Below, piece after piece: positions 23,337-34,567 of a stretch of 64,000 bases of DNA (positions are counted from its first letter, which is position 1; each line of letters begins with the position of its first letter). The translations under genes were made by a program, and so were the position numbers. This stretch comes from Gracilinanus agilis (taxonomy: Eukaryota), in the NCBI RefSeq assembly GCF_016433145.1, contig NC_058131.1, forward strand, positions 401,769,938 through 401,833,937, written 5' to 3'. The notes below the pieces were generated by a model that made no database searches, had not been told where the DNA came from, and worked only from the letters and a program-made list of their open reading frames with translations.

Positions 23337-24834
23337 TAGGATTTTTGAGAAATAAAATTTCTCCATACATTGTTTTCCTTTCTAATAATTTCCTAGGTCT
23401 TCTTTTCACATTTTATCATTCCCTATGAGAATTGCGAATTAACCTAAATCATGGTCTCATTGTTTAGAGTCATAACATTTGAAATCATGAAAAGCTCAAA
23501 AATGTTGATAAAAAAATCCTAATTGGTATACGAGGGTTTTTTTTTTTTTGGACCAAAGTTTATATATCTGACAAAATTTTAAATGAATTTATCATTTTTC
23601 CTTTCTAGAAGAATGCCATTTATAAAGCATTCCCAAGGGAGCAGTTCCTGATGGAGAGTCTACTGGTTGAGAGTTAGAAAATAGGGGTTGTAATACTTTA
23701 ATTATCTTCCTCCTTACCTGTGTGACTTTAGCCAATGTTCTCATCATTTCTGGATCTCAGTTTATGGTTTGTAAAGTGAGGAGTTTGGGCTAGAGAGCTT
23801 CTAAGATCTCAATTTTAAATCTATGATTATTCTTTATTTTTAAAGACTAACTTTTTATCTGTGTCATTCTGTATGTTTATTGGGTTCTGATCATTTCTTC
23901 ATGAACATTCTGGTACTTTTACTTCTTTTAGTCTGAATAAGGGCTTTATTAATGTATTGAGACTATCAGTTTCTGTGACTCCTCTTATGATATGTGGTTT
24001 AATTTCTTTTATTGTGAATATATTAATTTTTATTATAAAAATTCAAAAAATTTTAAAGCTATGCAAAGATGGGGGAAAACAAACTTTAAAATCAATTAAG
24101 CAAAGACCCACAAAAAGTGGCTATAAGTGAAAATATGCATTTTAAACTCCTTTACTTGGGTCCAGAATTGTGATTTCAAAAGTGCATAGAACTCCTGGTA
24201 AGAAAATTCTTTCCACTGAAAAAATTAACTGTTTGTCTTAAAGAGTTGCCTAAGACATGGAGAGATTAAGCCAGTGAGAGGTTAAACAAGTGAGAAGTTA
24301 AGTGCCCAAGCTATACAGCTTATAGATGTTAGAGGCAGAATTAACCCGTCTCTGATAGTGAGGTGGGCACTGTATCCACTAGACAAGCTGCCTTTCTCTA
24401 GACTTATAGCTGAAGGGAAAATCAGAATCAATCTAATATGATTCCTTCATTTTACATATGAGAAAACCAAGACTGAGGGAAGTTCAGTGATTTGCCCAAG
24501 GTCACACAGGTAGCAACAGATAAAAATATGTCCACATGCATTGTGGTTAGCAAGATATCCTCAATGTTACTCATCATTTTCTCTTTATTTTGTTGAGTTT
24601 GATTTTCTATTCTTTAGATAATTGAAAGCAGAATGTTTATTTTATTATAAGAATATTTATCTTACTCTTATGCTTTTTATTATATTACTTCATATATCTT
24701 CTCATATTTCTTTGCATTCCTGTTTGTCATTTCATTCACTTCTTTTTAGTAAATTTTCAAGATGTTGTCTTTGCATTTTGATAAAGCAAAAAAGAAAAGT
24801 ACTAGATATTTCCTCTGCTGAAAACTCTTCTTTC

Positions 24835-25040
24835 TTTTTTTTTTATTTAATCTTTTTTTTTTTAAACCCTTAACTTCTGTGTATTGGCTCATAGGTGGAA
24901 GAGTTGGTGAGGGTGGGCAATGGGGGTCAAATGATTTGCCCAGGGTCACACAGCTGGGAAGTTTCTGAGGCCAGATTTTAACCTAGGACTTCCCATCTCT
25001 AGGCTTGACTCTCAATCCACTGAGCTACCCAGCTGCCCCC
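24835..25040 (-). mobile_element. SINE1_Mdo-like SINE
   Basis: Full reverse copy ending cccagctgccccc, with perfect 16-bp TSD tgaaaactcttctttc at 24819-24834 and 25041-25056. Confidence 0.92.
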
Positions 25041-25094
25041 TGAAAACTCTTCTTTCTAAAAATTATCATTTTTCCTTTTGTCATCTTTGCCACT

Positions 25095-25490
25095 TTGATG
25101 AATCTCAGAATTGCTTTAATTCACATTTCTCCCATTCATGGTGATTTGGAGCATTTTTCACATGGTCATAGATATCTTGGATTTCTACCTTTGAAAACTC
25201 TTCATATACAAAATGCATTTGTCAGTTGGGGAATTTTTTCTCATAAATTTGAATAGTTCCTTAGATATCTTGGAAATGAGACCTTCATCAGAGATATTTA
25301 ATGATAATTTTTTCCCAATTAATTGCTTCCTTTTAATCGTTGCTTTGTTAGACTTATTTGTGCAAATCCTTTTTCATTTCATGAAATCAAAATTACCCAT
25401 TTTATCTTCTGTGTTTTTCTCTGTTCCTTGTTTGGTCATGAACTTTTCTTCTAGCTCTAGATCTGATGATGAAATATGCTATCTATTATA
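25095..25490 (-). mobile_element. Old LINE-1 ORF2 3' fragment
   Basis: gaattgctttaattcacatttct...gagcatttttcacatgg...ttagatatcttggaaatgagacc resembles the reverse of L1 ORF2 3' region; compare 30920-31040. Confidence 0.6.
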
Positions 25491-25653
25491 GAGAAGTGAT
25501 GGATTTAGGGTTCAGAATGAGACAAGAATATATTTTTATACAGTCATTAAGGGAATTTGTTATAAGATATTTCTTTTTTTTTCCCTTTTTCCATTGGAGT
25601 GAGGAATGGGAGGGAAAAATATATTTCTATATTTTTTAATAGAGAGGTGAAGG

Positions 25654-25796
25654 CGGCCTCAGCCACTTCCCAGCTGTGTGACCCTGGGCAAGTCACTTGA
25701 CCCCCATTGCCCACCCTTACCACTCTTCCACCTATGAGACAATACATTGAAGTACAAGGGTTTAAAAAAAAAACAAAAAAAAAAACAAAAACAATA
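25654..25796 (+). mobile_element. 5'-truncated SINE1_Mdo-like SINE
   Basis: Starts mid-element (cggcctcagccacttcccagctg), has an A-rich tail and perfect 16-bp TSD aatagagaggtgaagg at 25638-25653 and 25797-25812. Confidence 0.9.
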
Positions 25797-26304
25797 AATA
25801 GAGAGGTGAAGGGTGCTAAAATGTGAGGTGTTGCATGCACTTTCAGATAAGACCACTTTAATATTAGTTTTTCTATATTTTTTATATAAGATACCTATCT
25901 GGAGAGCAAACTTAAATATTGTAATTTAAAAACAAAAACACATCAATGAGGTTTGAATAAAACATTCATGGTATATTACCTGGTGGTATGATATGAAATC
26001 CACTTATTGCTGCATTGTTTTCATGTCAGAGAAATTCAAAGATGCAGTATTTTGTGCATTTGCAGGTTTCAAAATAACCAAGAGAAGGTTTTTAAAAAGG
26101 CAATCATGGAAATAACTTACAGTAAAGGTAATTGGGATCCAATTCTGTGGAACTACACCATGATAAACATCTTGAAGACAAGTGTTTAAAGTGTATTGAA
26201 TCAATATTTCTTTTGAGGAAAAATGTTTACTTTAAGAAAGACATGAGTTCATATTTCCAGTAGTATCAATAATTCTCAAAGCCCAACTTTAAACATAAAA
26301 TTCA

Positions 26305-26650
26305 AAGATACCCAGAACGACTTGTATGAATTGATACTGAGTGAAGTGAAGAGAACAAGGAGAAAAATTCAAACAATAACAACAATTTTGTAAAGACAGA
26401 CAATTGCAAAAGGCTTAAGGAGTCTGATCAATACAATGACTAACCATGATTCTAGATTCTTTATACCTTCTGACAAAGAGATGATGGAACTAAGGGGCAG
26501 AATAATACATATGTTTTTTGGACATGGCCACTAAGAGAATTTATTTTGTTGACTATGAATACTTATAAAATATTTTGCTTTTCTTTTCTAAGTAACAGAA
26601 GTAGAAGAAATAGAAAATAGACTTCTGTTAATTGAAATAAATTAAATTAA
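26305..26650 (+). mobile_element. Old LINE-1 3' end fragment
   Basis: gacttgtatgaattgatactgagtgaagtgaagagaacaaggagaa...ctgatcaatacaatgac, similar to the L1 3' portion at 39730-39900. Confidence 0.55.
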
Positions 26651-27099
26651 AAGAATCAAAATGCTGAAAAAACCAACAGAGGATCAATTCAAATATACTA
26701 CATTATAAGGAGAGAAAATAGAAATCCACTATTTTTTGCATTGAAAGATAAAAAACTAAAATTTTTGAAAAATTTAAAACTATTTAGATTGATAATCCAT
26801 TATTCGTTATAACCATAAAAATACTAAGACAATAGGTGAAGAGAGTAAAATTTTGGAAAAGCTAAATTCAAACTTTCTCCATTAGAATCCTAATGCTTGA
26901 AAAAAATGCCTTATTTTGAACACACTTACAAGCCTTATCCTAAAACTTATCCACAGCAAATAAACAGAGTAAGTTTGGAAAAATTGGAAGAGTAGTTTAG
27001 GAGTTTAGGAGCTATATAGACTTGATTACAAGACTACTTTGAGAGAAGGATGTTGGTGAAGAAAGAAAATATTTTTTTTTTAAAATGAAAGCAGACAAG

Positions 27100-28230
27100 T
27101 GTAAAGACCAATATAAATTAGGAGGCACATCAGGGACAATATTCCTGAAACTTGTTGCCTAGTTCTGATTAGTAGGAGGTCCTAAGGGGCCTCCATTTGC
27201 TGTTCTTTTAAGAAAGTTAAATTTGACTTTAAATAGATCTGAAGGCTATCAGAAATTGTAGGAATAAGAAAGAATTTCATTACTTTGTTGTTTTTGTTTT
27301 TTTTTTGATGATGCCAGGTCCATCTATCAGAAGCACCTATCAGAAGCAGCCCAACACTTTGGCATTAAAAGCTCTCCAAAAGTAGAGGCCCAAATCCAGT
27401 GTCACCAGGATAAGAAACAATATAGAAATTATGTCCGAAATCACAAGTGGCTAAAACCATAGCTCAGCTAAAGTAAAGCAGGGTTGATCAAGTTTTTTCC
27501 TTTAAAAAAATGTTTACCCTCTGCTTTATTATCAGTTCTAATATAAAAGAGCTAATGAATTGGAGTTAAGTGACTTGCCCAGGGTCAAACAGCTTAGAAG
27601 TATCTGAGGTCAGATTTAAATCCAGGACCTCAACCAGGCCTGGCACTCTATTCACTGTGCTAAATAGCTGCCCCCTGATGGGGTCTTTTTTACTGATCTT
27701 TGACAATACCTCTATGATAACTACACAAATATGAAGTATTAGCTTGAAAATTCTTATCTGCATATAGCTGAAAGAATGTTCTCATTATAGTTGCTAATGA
27801 GTTGGTACAAGTTAGAGGCAGCAGAGCCAAGTCTATGTTTACAATGAAGAAGGCTATCCTGCTAGTGGCTAAGGTCAGGGCTGGTTATAGAGCCTTTGGA
27901 GGGGTTATTTTCCTGGTTATTGGCTATGAAGGAAGATTGGAGGACAATAGAGGCATTCACATTGTCACAGCAGTATGCAGGGCAACATCCACCACTAGAT
28001 AACAGTTTGTTGAGTAGGGGGAGATTTCTCTTATTTGTGACTGTAATATTGATGCTTTACTGCAAGATCTGTTCAGTCTGAGGTTCTATAACTTAGCACA
28101 TTGTAGTAATTACTGGATGGGGATTCTATCCCATAGGACCCAAAGTCTTCTTTGAGAGTCATCTTTCCATTCACATCTGAATCTTGCTCCCTGATCAAGA
28201 AGATCCTTGACTATGTAATGGGACTTCTGG
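27100..28230 (-). pseudogene. PCDHGB: Highly degraded protocadherin gamma-B relic (EC4-EC5 pieces, TM, cytoplasmic), interrupted by a SINE
   Basis: Manual minus-strand translation gives IREQDSDVNGK, SSNYYNVL, QENNPS, DLALLPL (28200-27800), VISDIISILFLILVTLDLGLYFWRAFNAKVLGCF (about 27460-27345) and LSYSYNF..VKFNFLK (about 27260-27210). These match the gamma-B exons in this window. Confidence 0.75.
27560..27675 (-). mobile_element. Marsupial SINE inserted in the gamma-B relic
   Basis: gagttaagtgacttgcccagggtc...gaggtcagatttaaatccagg...tagctgcccc. Confidence 0.75.
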
Positions 28231-28541
28231 AAAAGACTCAACTCCACTTAAAAAATAATTTAAAGCATATTGTCATCGTCACATAGGATTACAAATTGAA
28301 TGATACATTATATGGCTTCCTACTTCCTCTGCTTGTATATCTATCATATCTAAACTTATACCTATATCTATCTTAAAAGTCATTGTTCATTTATTTGCTA
28401 TTTCCACATCAATTATATTATTTAATTCAGTTCAATTAAAAACACTACCCACTAAATGGAAGTATGTTGCAGGGCTGTGGGTCCCAGAATATTATAGTCT
28501 CTGAAGAATTGAAATTGAATATCGCTCAAAGAGTAATGGAG

Positions 28542-28732
28542 GGGGGCAGCTGGGTAGCTCAGTGGATTGAGAACCAGGCCTAGAGATAGGAGGTCCTAGG
28601 TTCAAATCCAGCCTCAGACACTTCCCAGCTGTGTGACCCTGGGCAAGTCACTTGACCCCCATTGCCTACCCTTACCAATCTTCCACCTATAAGTCAATAC
28701 ACAGAAGTTAAGGGTTTAAAATTAAAAAAAAA
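28542..28732 (+). mobile_element. SINE1_Mdo-like SINE
   Basis: Full copy with poly(A), and TSD aaagagtaatggag at 28528-28541 and 28733-28746. Confidence 0.92.
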
Positions 28733-29817
28733 AAAGAGTAATGGAGATGTGCATAGTGGGTGTGATCAAGATACAACACAACTCCATCAAAGAAATGGGA
28801 AGTTGAAAGATGTGAGATATGTCATCTACAAGTACAATTTACAAATGAAAAAGAAGAAGGGCAGGTCAAGATATCAGGATGGTCGGCCTTCCTGAGTTCT
28901 CTCTGGGAGTCAAGGAAAGGTAAGGAAAACCTTTTCCATGTTGGGCATGAGTGGTGAATCACATAGATTCTAGCAAGCTTAGATTGGTTAGAATCTACAT
29001 CACTGTAATGAAATAAGATCAAGAGATATGTGCAGTATTCTGATAAAGTTTAAATTTAGATTTTCCAAAATTCTACTCTCCTCGCCCATTTTTCCAGTAG
29101 TACTGATCTTTTTTTTAAAATTTCTATGGTTATAACTCAGAGTAGATTGTTAATCTATCTAGTTTAAAGCTATTCATGACCTATTAATTCCAGCTTGAAC
29201 ATACATTTCTTATGTTGTAAAGCTTAGATAGATTTCTACTTATGATGTGAAATTCAAATATGGAAAGCTTCAATAAAGTTTTACTTAATAGTCTTTCTTC
29301 AACTTTGACATATTTATTATTACTGTGATAGTGCTAAATGAGATAGTAATTTTCAGTGCACTGTATGTTCCCAGAAGAGATTGGAGCAAAATATAGCAAT
29401 AGTGGAAATATGTCAGGGAAGAATTAATGAGATTCAATAGAAGTGTAGCATAATAAGAATATATTAGAACAGATGTTCATTAAAAAGAGGTTCATAAAAT
29501 GTGACTGGTTTCAAGTTTTAAATTTTAAATCCTAAATTCATTTATATACATAGTTAGGACTGATAATTTAAGTTCAAACATCAGAAAAGAATAGCCTTCA
29601 ATTCCTTATAAAAATGTTTTTCATTTTGTTCATAAAAAACTTGCATTTACTTAAAGATGACATTATTTTAATGCAGATTTACAGATTCGTGTGCTAATGA
29701 AAGGGGCAAATACTACAACAGAGAAGGATGAAATTATTAATCTCATAAATTATGCAAGAAGAAAATGTAGTAAATGCAGAAGAAATCTTACTAGGAGAAT
29801 ATGAGAATAGTTTTTAC

Positions 29818-32800
29818 CTTCCAGTAAATTCTGAGATGGTGAAAGTGGTCTGTTTTTCTTACTTTTTTTCTTTTTTTGCATAGGAACCTTGGATGAAGAA
29901 GAACTAGTTCTTCCCAGAGCCTGAAGTGAGAGTAACCTCTTGAGTATATGTCTAGAGAAAAGCTTGGACTCCATTAGTGTCAACAAATTCTGAGTCGGGA
30001 ACACCAACAAAATGATTAGTGCCTAACCTCAGCAGCTTTGAAGCCCTCCACTTGCACTTTCTTTTTTTCTTTTTAATTTTATTTAATTAATTAATTTTGA
30101 ACATTTTCCCATGGTTATAGGATTCAGATTCTATCCCTCCCCTCCTCCCATCCCCTCCCATAGCCAATGCACAATTCCACTGGGTTTACATGTGTTATTG
30201 ATCAAGACCTATTTCCATATTATTGATATTTGCACTAGGGTGCTCATTTTGAGTACATATCCCTAATTATATTCCCATCCTCCCATGTGATCAGGCAGTT
30301 ATTTTCTTTTGTGTTTCTACTCCTACAGTTCTTCCTCTGAATGTGAATAGCTTTCTTTCTCATAGGTCCCTCATAGTTGTCCTGGATCATTGCATTGTTG
30401 CTAGTAGAGAAGTCTATTACATTCGATTTTACCACAGTGTATCAGTTTCTGTGTATAATGTGTTACTGGTTCTGCTCCTTTCACTCTGCATCAATTCCTG
30501 GATGTGATTCCAGTTCATGTGGAATTCCTCCAGTTCATTATTCCTTTGAGTACAATAGTATTCCATCACCAACAGATATCACAGTTTGTTCAGCCATTCC
30601 CCAATTGACAGGCATACCCTCATTTCCAGTTTTTTGCCACCACAAAGAGTGCAGCTATAAATATTTTTGTACAAATCTTTTTCCTTATGATCTCTTTGGG
30701 GTATAAGCCCAGCAGTGGTATGGCTGGATCAAAGGACAGGCAGTCTTTTGGCACTCTTTGGGCATAGTTCCAAATTGCCATCCAGAGTGGTTGGATCAGT
30801 TCATAACTCTACCAGCAATGCATTAATGTCCCAATTTTGCCACAGCCCCTCCAACATTTATTAATTTCCTTTGCTGTCATTTTAGCCAATCTGCTAGGTG
30901 CGAGGTGGCACCTCAGAGTTGTTTTGATTTGCATTTCTCTAATTATTAGAGATTTAGAGCACTTTTTCACTTGCTTATTGATAGTTTTGATTTCTTTATC
31001 TGAAAATTGCCTATTCATGTCCCTTGCCCATTTGTTAATTCCCACCTGCACATTCTGAGCACTAGCAAGACACCCACGAAGCCAAAGAACAGGCAGGACT
31101 AGGCAGCCAAAGACAGGACCAGATAGAATGTGAGACTGCATTCACTGGAGACTTCAGGGACAGTCAGGCCATTAAGATCTGAGAGGACTTTGGGGACAGT
31201 GTCAGCTACAGCCATTGTGATACTAACAGTGGCAGAGGGAAGACATTCCACTTTCTATGATTGGTAAGATTCTGTTTTAAGGAATCTTTTCTTAGGAAGT
31301 TTTGAGCAGTCCTGATTTCTCCTCTGTTCAGGCCCACAGAAAAGAGGCCTGATTCTGTGGCCCTGAGTAGATAGTAGAACAGTTAGGCTTTCTGGCTAGA
31401 ATCTCTATCCACCATCACCACCTTGGTCACTAGGTAGCCTGGCTATGCAGAGCTAGAAGCCATTTCTAATCCTATGGAGCCATTTGTGGGAAAGGCCGGG
31501 TACAAGATTTCTGGGGCATTGCCATTTTGATCCAGGACTAAAAGAGTCAGAGATACATTGCTACCAAGAGGTGGGTCCCCAGCATATTGGGCAATCACAA
31601 ACAGGAGAAAGTCCTTAAGTGTTTATAATTGAAGGAGTGCAGAGCACAGAGAACGGCAGCGTTAGAGTTGAAGGAAATGTAAAAGGAGAGAGGTGCTACC
31701 TGAAGAATGTCTTCGGCAATGGAGTAAGGGAAACAGCCATTCTCTTCTCTGAGTCTCTGACGATCACCGAATGGATAGAAGCATTTCTGGGGTTGTTTTC
31801 TCGGATGTACTTGTAGTAGAATGCCTTACCGAAGGTAGATGGGTGGTCGTTAATGTCTACTACACTCAGTAAATGTGGGTGCACAGGGGCAAAATCCCTT
31901 GGTGTATAACTGTCATCCTGACGTATGTGAGGAATTTCTCTCTGTCCAGGGCTTCAATTGGTATCAATTTAGGATGATTTCCACAAGATTTTATAAGTTT
32001 AGAAGGCAAATTCTTGGATATGGAGCACATCACATCCATTCTCTCCAGATTCCCGGCATACATATTTAAAAGGGTAATGATAGATCCTGGGAAAGTGTCT
32101 TCAGAGACTGACCTCATGAGAGATGTTATACTCTCTTCAGGAGTGTTGTCGTTTATGTTTGAGACAGAAACCATAACTTTAGCTTTCCCCCAGGAGCCTT
32201 GGTTTGTACTTCCACCTCATATAGGATAGATTCTTCATAGTCTAGATTTTCTGACTTTGATATTTCACCTGTAAAAGTATTCATTTGGAAGATCTTTGAA
32301 GTTCTTTCAGCCATTTTCCTGAAAGAGTACGTCACTTCTCCATTGAATTCCTCATCTCGGTGGCGGTCCTTGCAAGTAGCCACGTTCTCACAGGAATGTT
32401 CTCAGGAACATTTATGCTATAAACAGACCAAGTATACACTGGAGCATTGTCATTGAAATCAAAGACAGTTACGAGAATGTGCACCATGTCAAAGAGGATA
32501 GGATCTCCCCCATCCGAGGCTGTGAGAGACAGTTCCTCCTCATGGTCCAAGGCCCGTTCCAGCAACAGTTCTGGGTACTCAACCTCATCTGTTTAGCTTT
32601 GTACAGAAAGAGAGAAGTGATGGTTTGGCTTCACTTGATGGCTCTGAACTGAATTCACACAGTCATCTGAGTCAATTTGAATTTCACTGACTTTTACTTT
32701 TGTTTCCTCAATTCCACATCCACTCCATAAAATCTTCATTTTTCCTCCAGAAGGATGTCCATTCAAATTCAAAAGACATTTTGGGGCTGCGAAACAAAGC

Positions 32801-33082
32801 TCTTCCCGGTCTATTCTGTCTGCACTGACTAAGCTGCCACTTCTGAAATTGAGAACAAAGCGCTGTATCTTAACTTCTGGAGACAGTTTGGGCTCAATTT
32901 TCCAAAAGCTCACGGGGCTCCAGACCCAGGTCCTTGGCGATGTAGGCCACAAAAGAATCCTTCTCCATTTCCTCCAGCATGGACAAGCGGATCTGTGAGG
33001 CGCAAGATTCCGACAGAATACCTAGGACAAAGTAAAGCAGGACTTGCCCTCTGCATCCATGGATCGTCTCTACAACAGTCAT
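29818..33082 (-). pseudogene. PCDHGA: Protocadherin gamma-A pseudogene, frameshifted and split by an L1 insertion
   Basis: Pieces include MTVVETIHGCRGQVLLYFVLG...[52 protein letters not shown] and a TM up to 31042. After the L1 it resumes with KWRASKLL...NGVQAFL*TYTQEV. Probable donor AAG/GTAAAA at 29818. Confidence 0.9.
30061..31041 (-). mobile_element. 5'-truncated LINE-1 (ORF2 C-terminus, 3' UTR, A tail)
   Basis: INKWARDMNRQFS...MQIKTTLR..HCW is L1 ORF2 C-terminal sequence. Flanked by an imperfect 13-bp TSD (ccacttgcacttt 30048-30060 / ccacctgcacatt 31042-31054). Confidence 0.92.
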
Positions 33083-33304
33083 TTGTATCTCACTGATCCA
33101 CAAACTAGTCCTGGTTGCAACCGAGGTGTTTGAATCAATTATTTCCTCCTCTGACCCCTAAGTTCTAGACATTCATCAGAAAATCTGAATAGTAGAGGAC
33201 TTCGGCTGTTCGCGCTGTCACAGACGATGCCGGTCGGATCTGAGCAATGTTTTGTGCTTAAGGAGCAGCAAGCGCTGGTTGTCTCTCTTCTGGAATTGGT
33301 CTGG

Positions 33305-33348
33305 GTAAACAGTAAACATCGGAGCCCAGAGTCCTCCCCAATTACTGC
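33305..33348 (-). promoter_or_regulatory. Degenerate CSE upstream of the gamma-A pseudogene
   Basis: taaacagtaaacatcggagcccagagtcctccccaattactg: the cagcggcg core has changed to catcggag, at the expected spacing (about 230 bp) from ATG 33082. Confidence 0.7.
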
Positions 33349-34567
33349 AAACTACCTCTCGGCTTTTCCCCCCAAGTTGCATCTAGATTTAAATTTATTT
33401 TTCAAACTGGGAAGGGTTCTCAACAGTTTGTTCGCAAAGAATATATTAGGCATTCAATAAATGTGAAATTCAAATGCATGCCTTTTTGGATATTCTAGTG
33501 GATATTGATTTCCTTAGAGTCAGCACTTTTCACCTTTTGTTGTTCTTCATAGATCTACCATTCCCCTGAGACTTTTCTTTCAAAACCTAGGAGTATCACT
33601 GTAGTTAACCTTTTTTGCCCTCCATTAGTCCACTGTCTTTTCTGATGATACATATCCCCAATACAATATTGCTTATTTTAAATAACTTATTTTTATAGAA
33701 TTGGTTTAGACTTTTTCTTTCAAATTTACTATTATATATGTGGTTATATAATCTATTGTTGAACTGTAAGCATGTCAACACTAAGTGAAAAATCAAACTA
33801 CTACTCCCTCAGAGGAGAAGAAATTATCTTTGGAGGAGAAAATGGCTAATTTTTTTTCTAACAGCTATGCACAGTGGTTATTTTCAAATGTTATTTTTCA
33901 TATATATCATCACTAAATTTGTGACCAATCCTACATTCATTTTTATTAATATGGGTTGATTATAGATAATTATTCAGAAGAGGTGAGAGAGACAGAGAGC
34001 TACAGTCACAGACCCTTCTCTAATTTGCAATGAAGTTAAGTCTCAAAGGGGTACAGGAAGATTTTTAAAGAAACTCAATTTCCTGAGCTATGGTTACTGA
34101 AATAATAGTCTGATGAAAAATAGTGATCTAAAATATCCATTTCATAACTCCTCAAGCAGTCTGAAGTCCACAGATCCTATAGTACAATTTATAGACTTCT
34201 GCATTTAGAGAATGAGGGAGCCCATAGGTTCATTCAGCTTTTTTACAGGGATCAACATTAAGGAGAAGAAATAATTTAGAATAGAAATAGGGGGCTTTCA
34301 TATATTCTTACTTACCTCCTGAGCAAAATAACTAGTAACTATAATTTAAAACAGAAACCACCCATAAAAGAATAATATGAGACACTAAAAGAACGACATA
34401 GAAATGTAAATACTTTTCTCAAAGAGATGTTTCACGATATGCCGGGGCCTTTGTTGGACATGTTTAAGATGTTTGGATTTTCAGGATCTATTCAATAATT
34501 TCAAGTGTTTACAGAAAACTATAGCAATCATATTCCTAATTTTTAAATAAGAAGAACCAGAGCTCAC

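Noticed and set aside
28740-29050. Possible 5' half of the gamma-B relic or another retrocopy
   Set aside because: No convincing cadherin motif or recognisable protein in any frame I could read.
30809-31141. 110-aa ORF as a Pcdh-L1 fusion protein
   Set aside because: It is accidental read-through from an off-frame pseudogene segment into L1 ORF2 remnants, within a dead exon.
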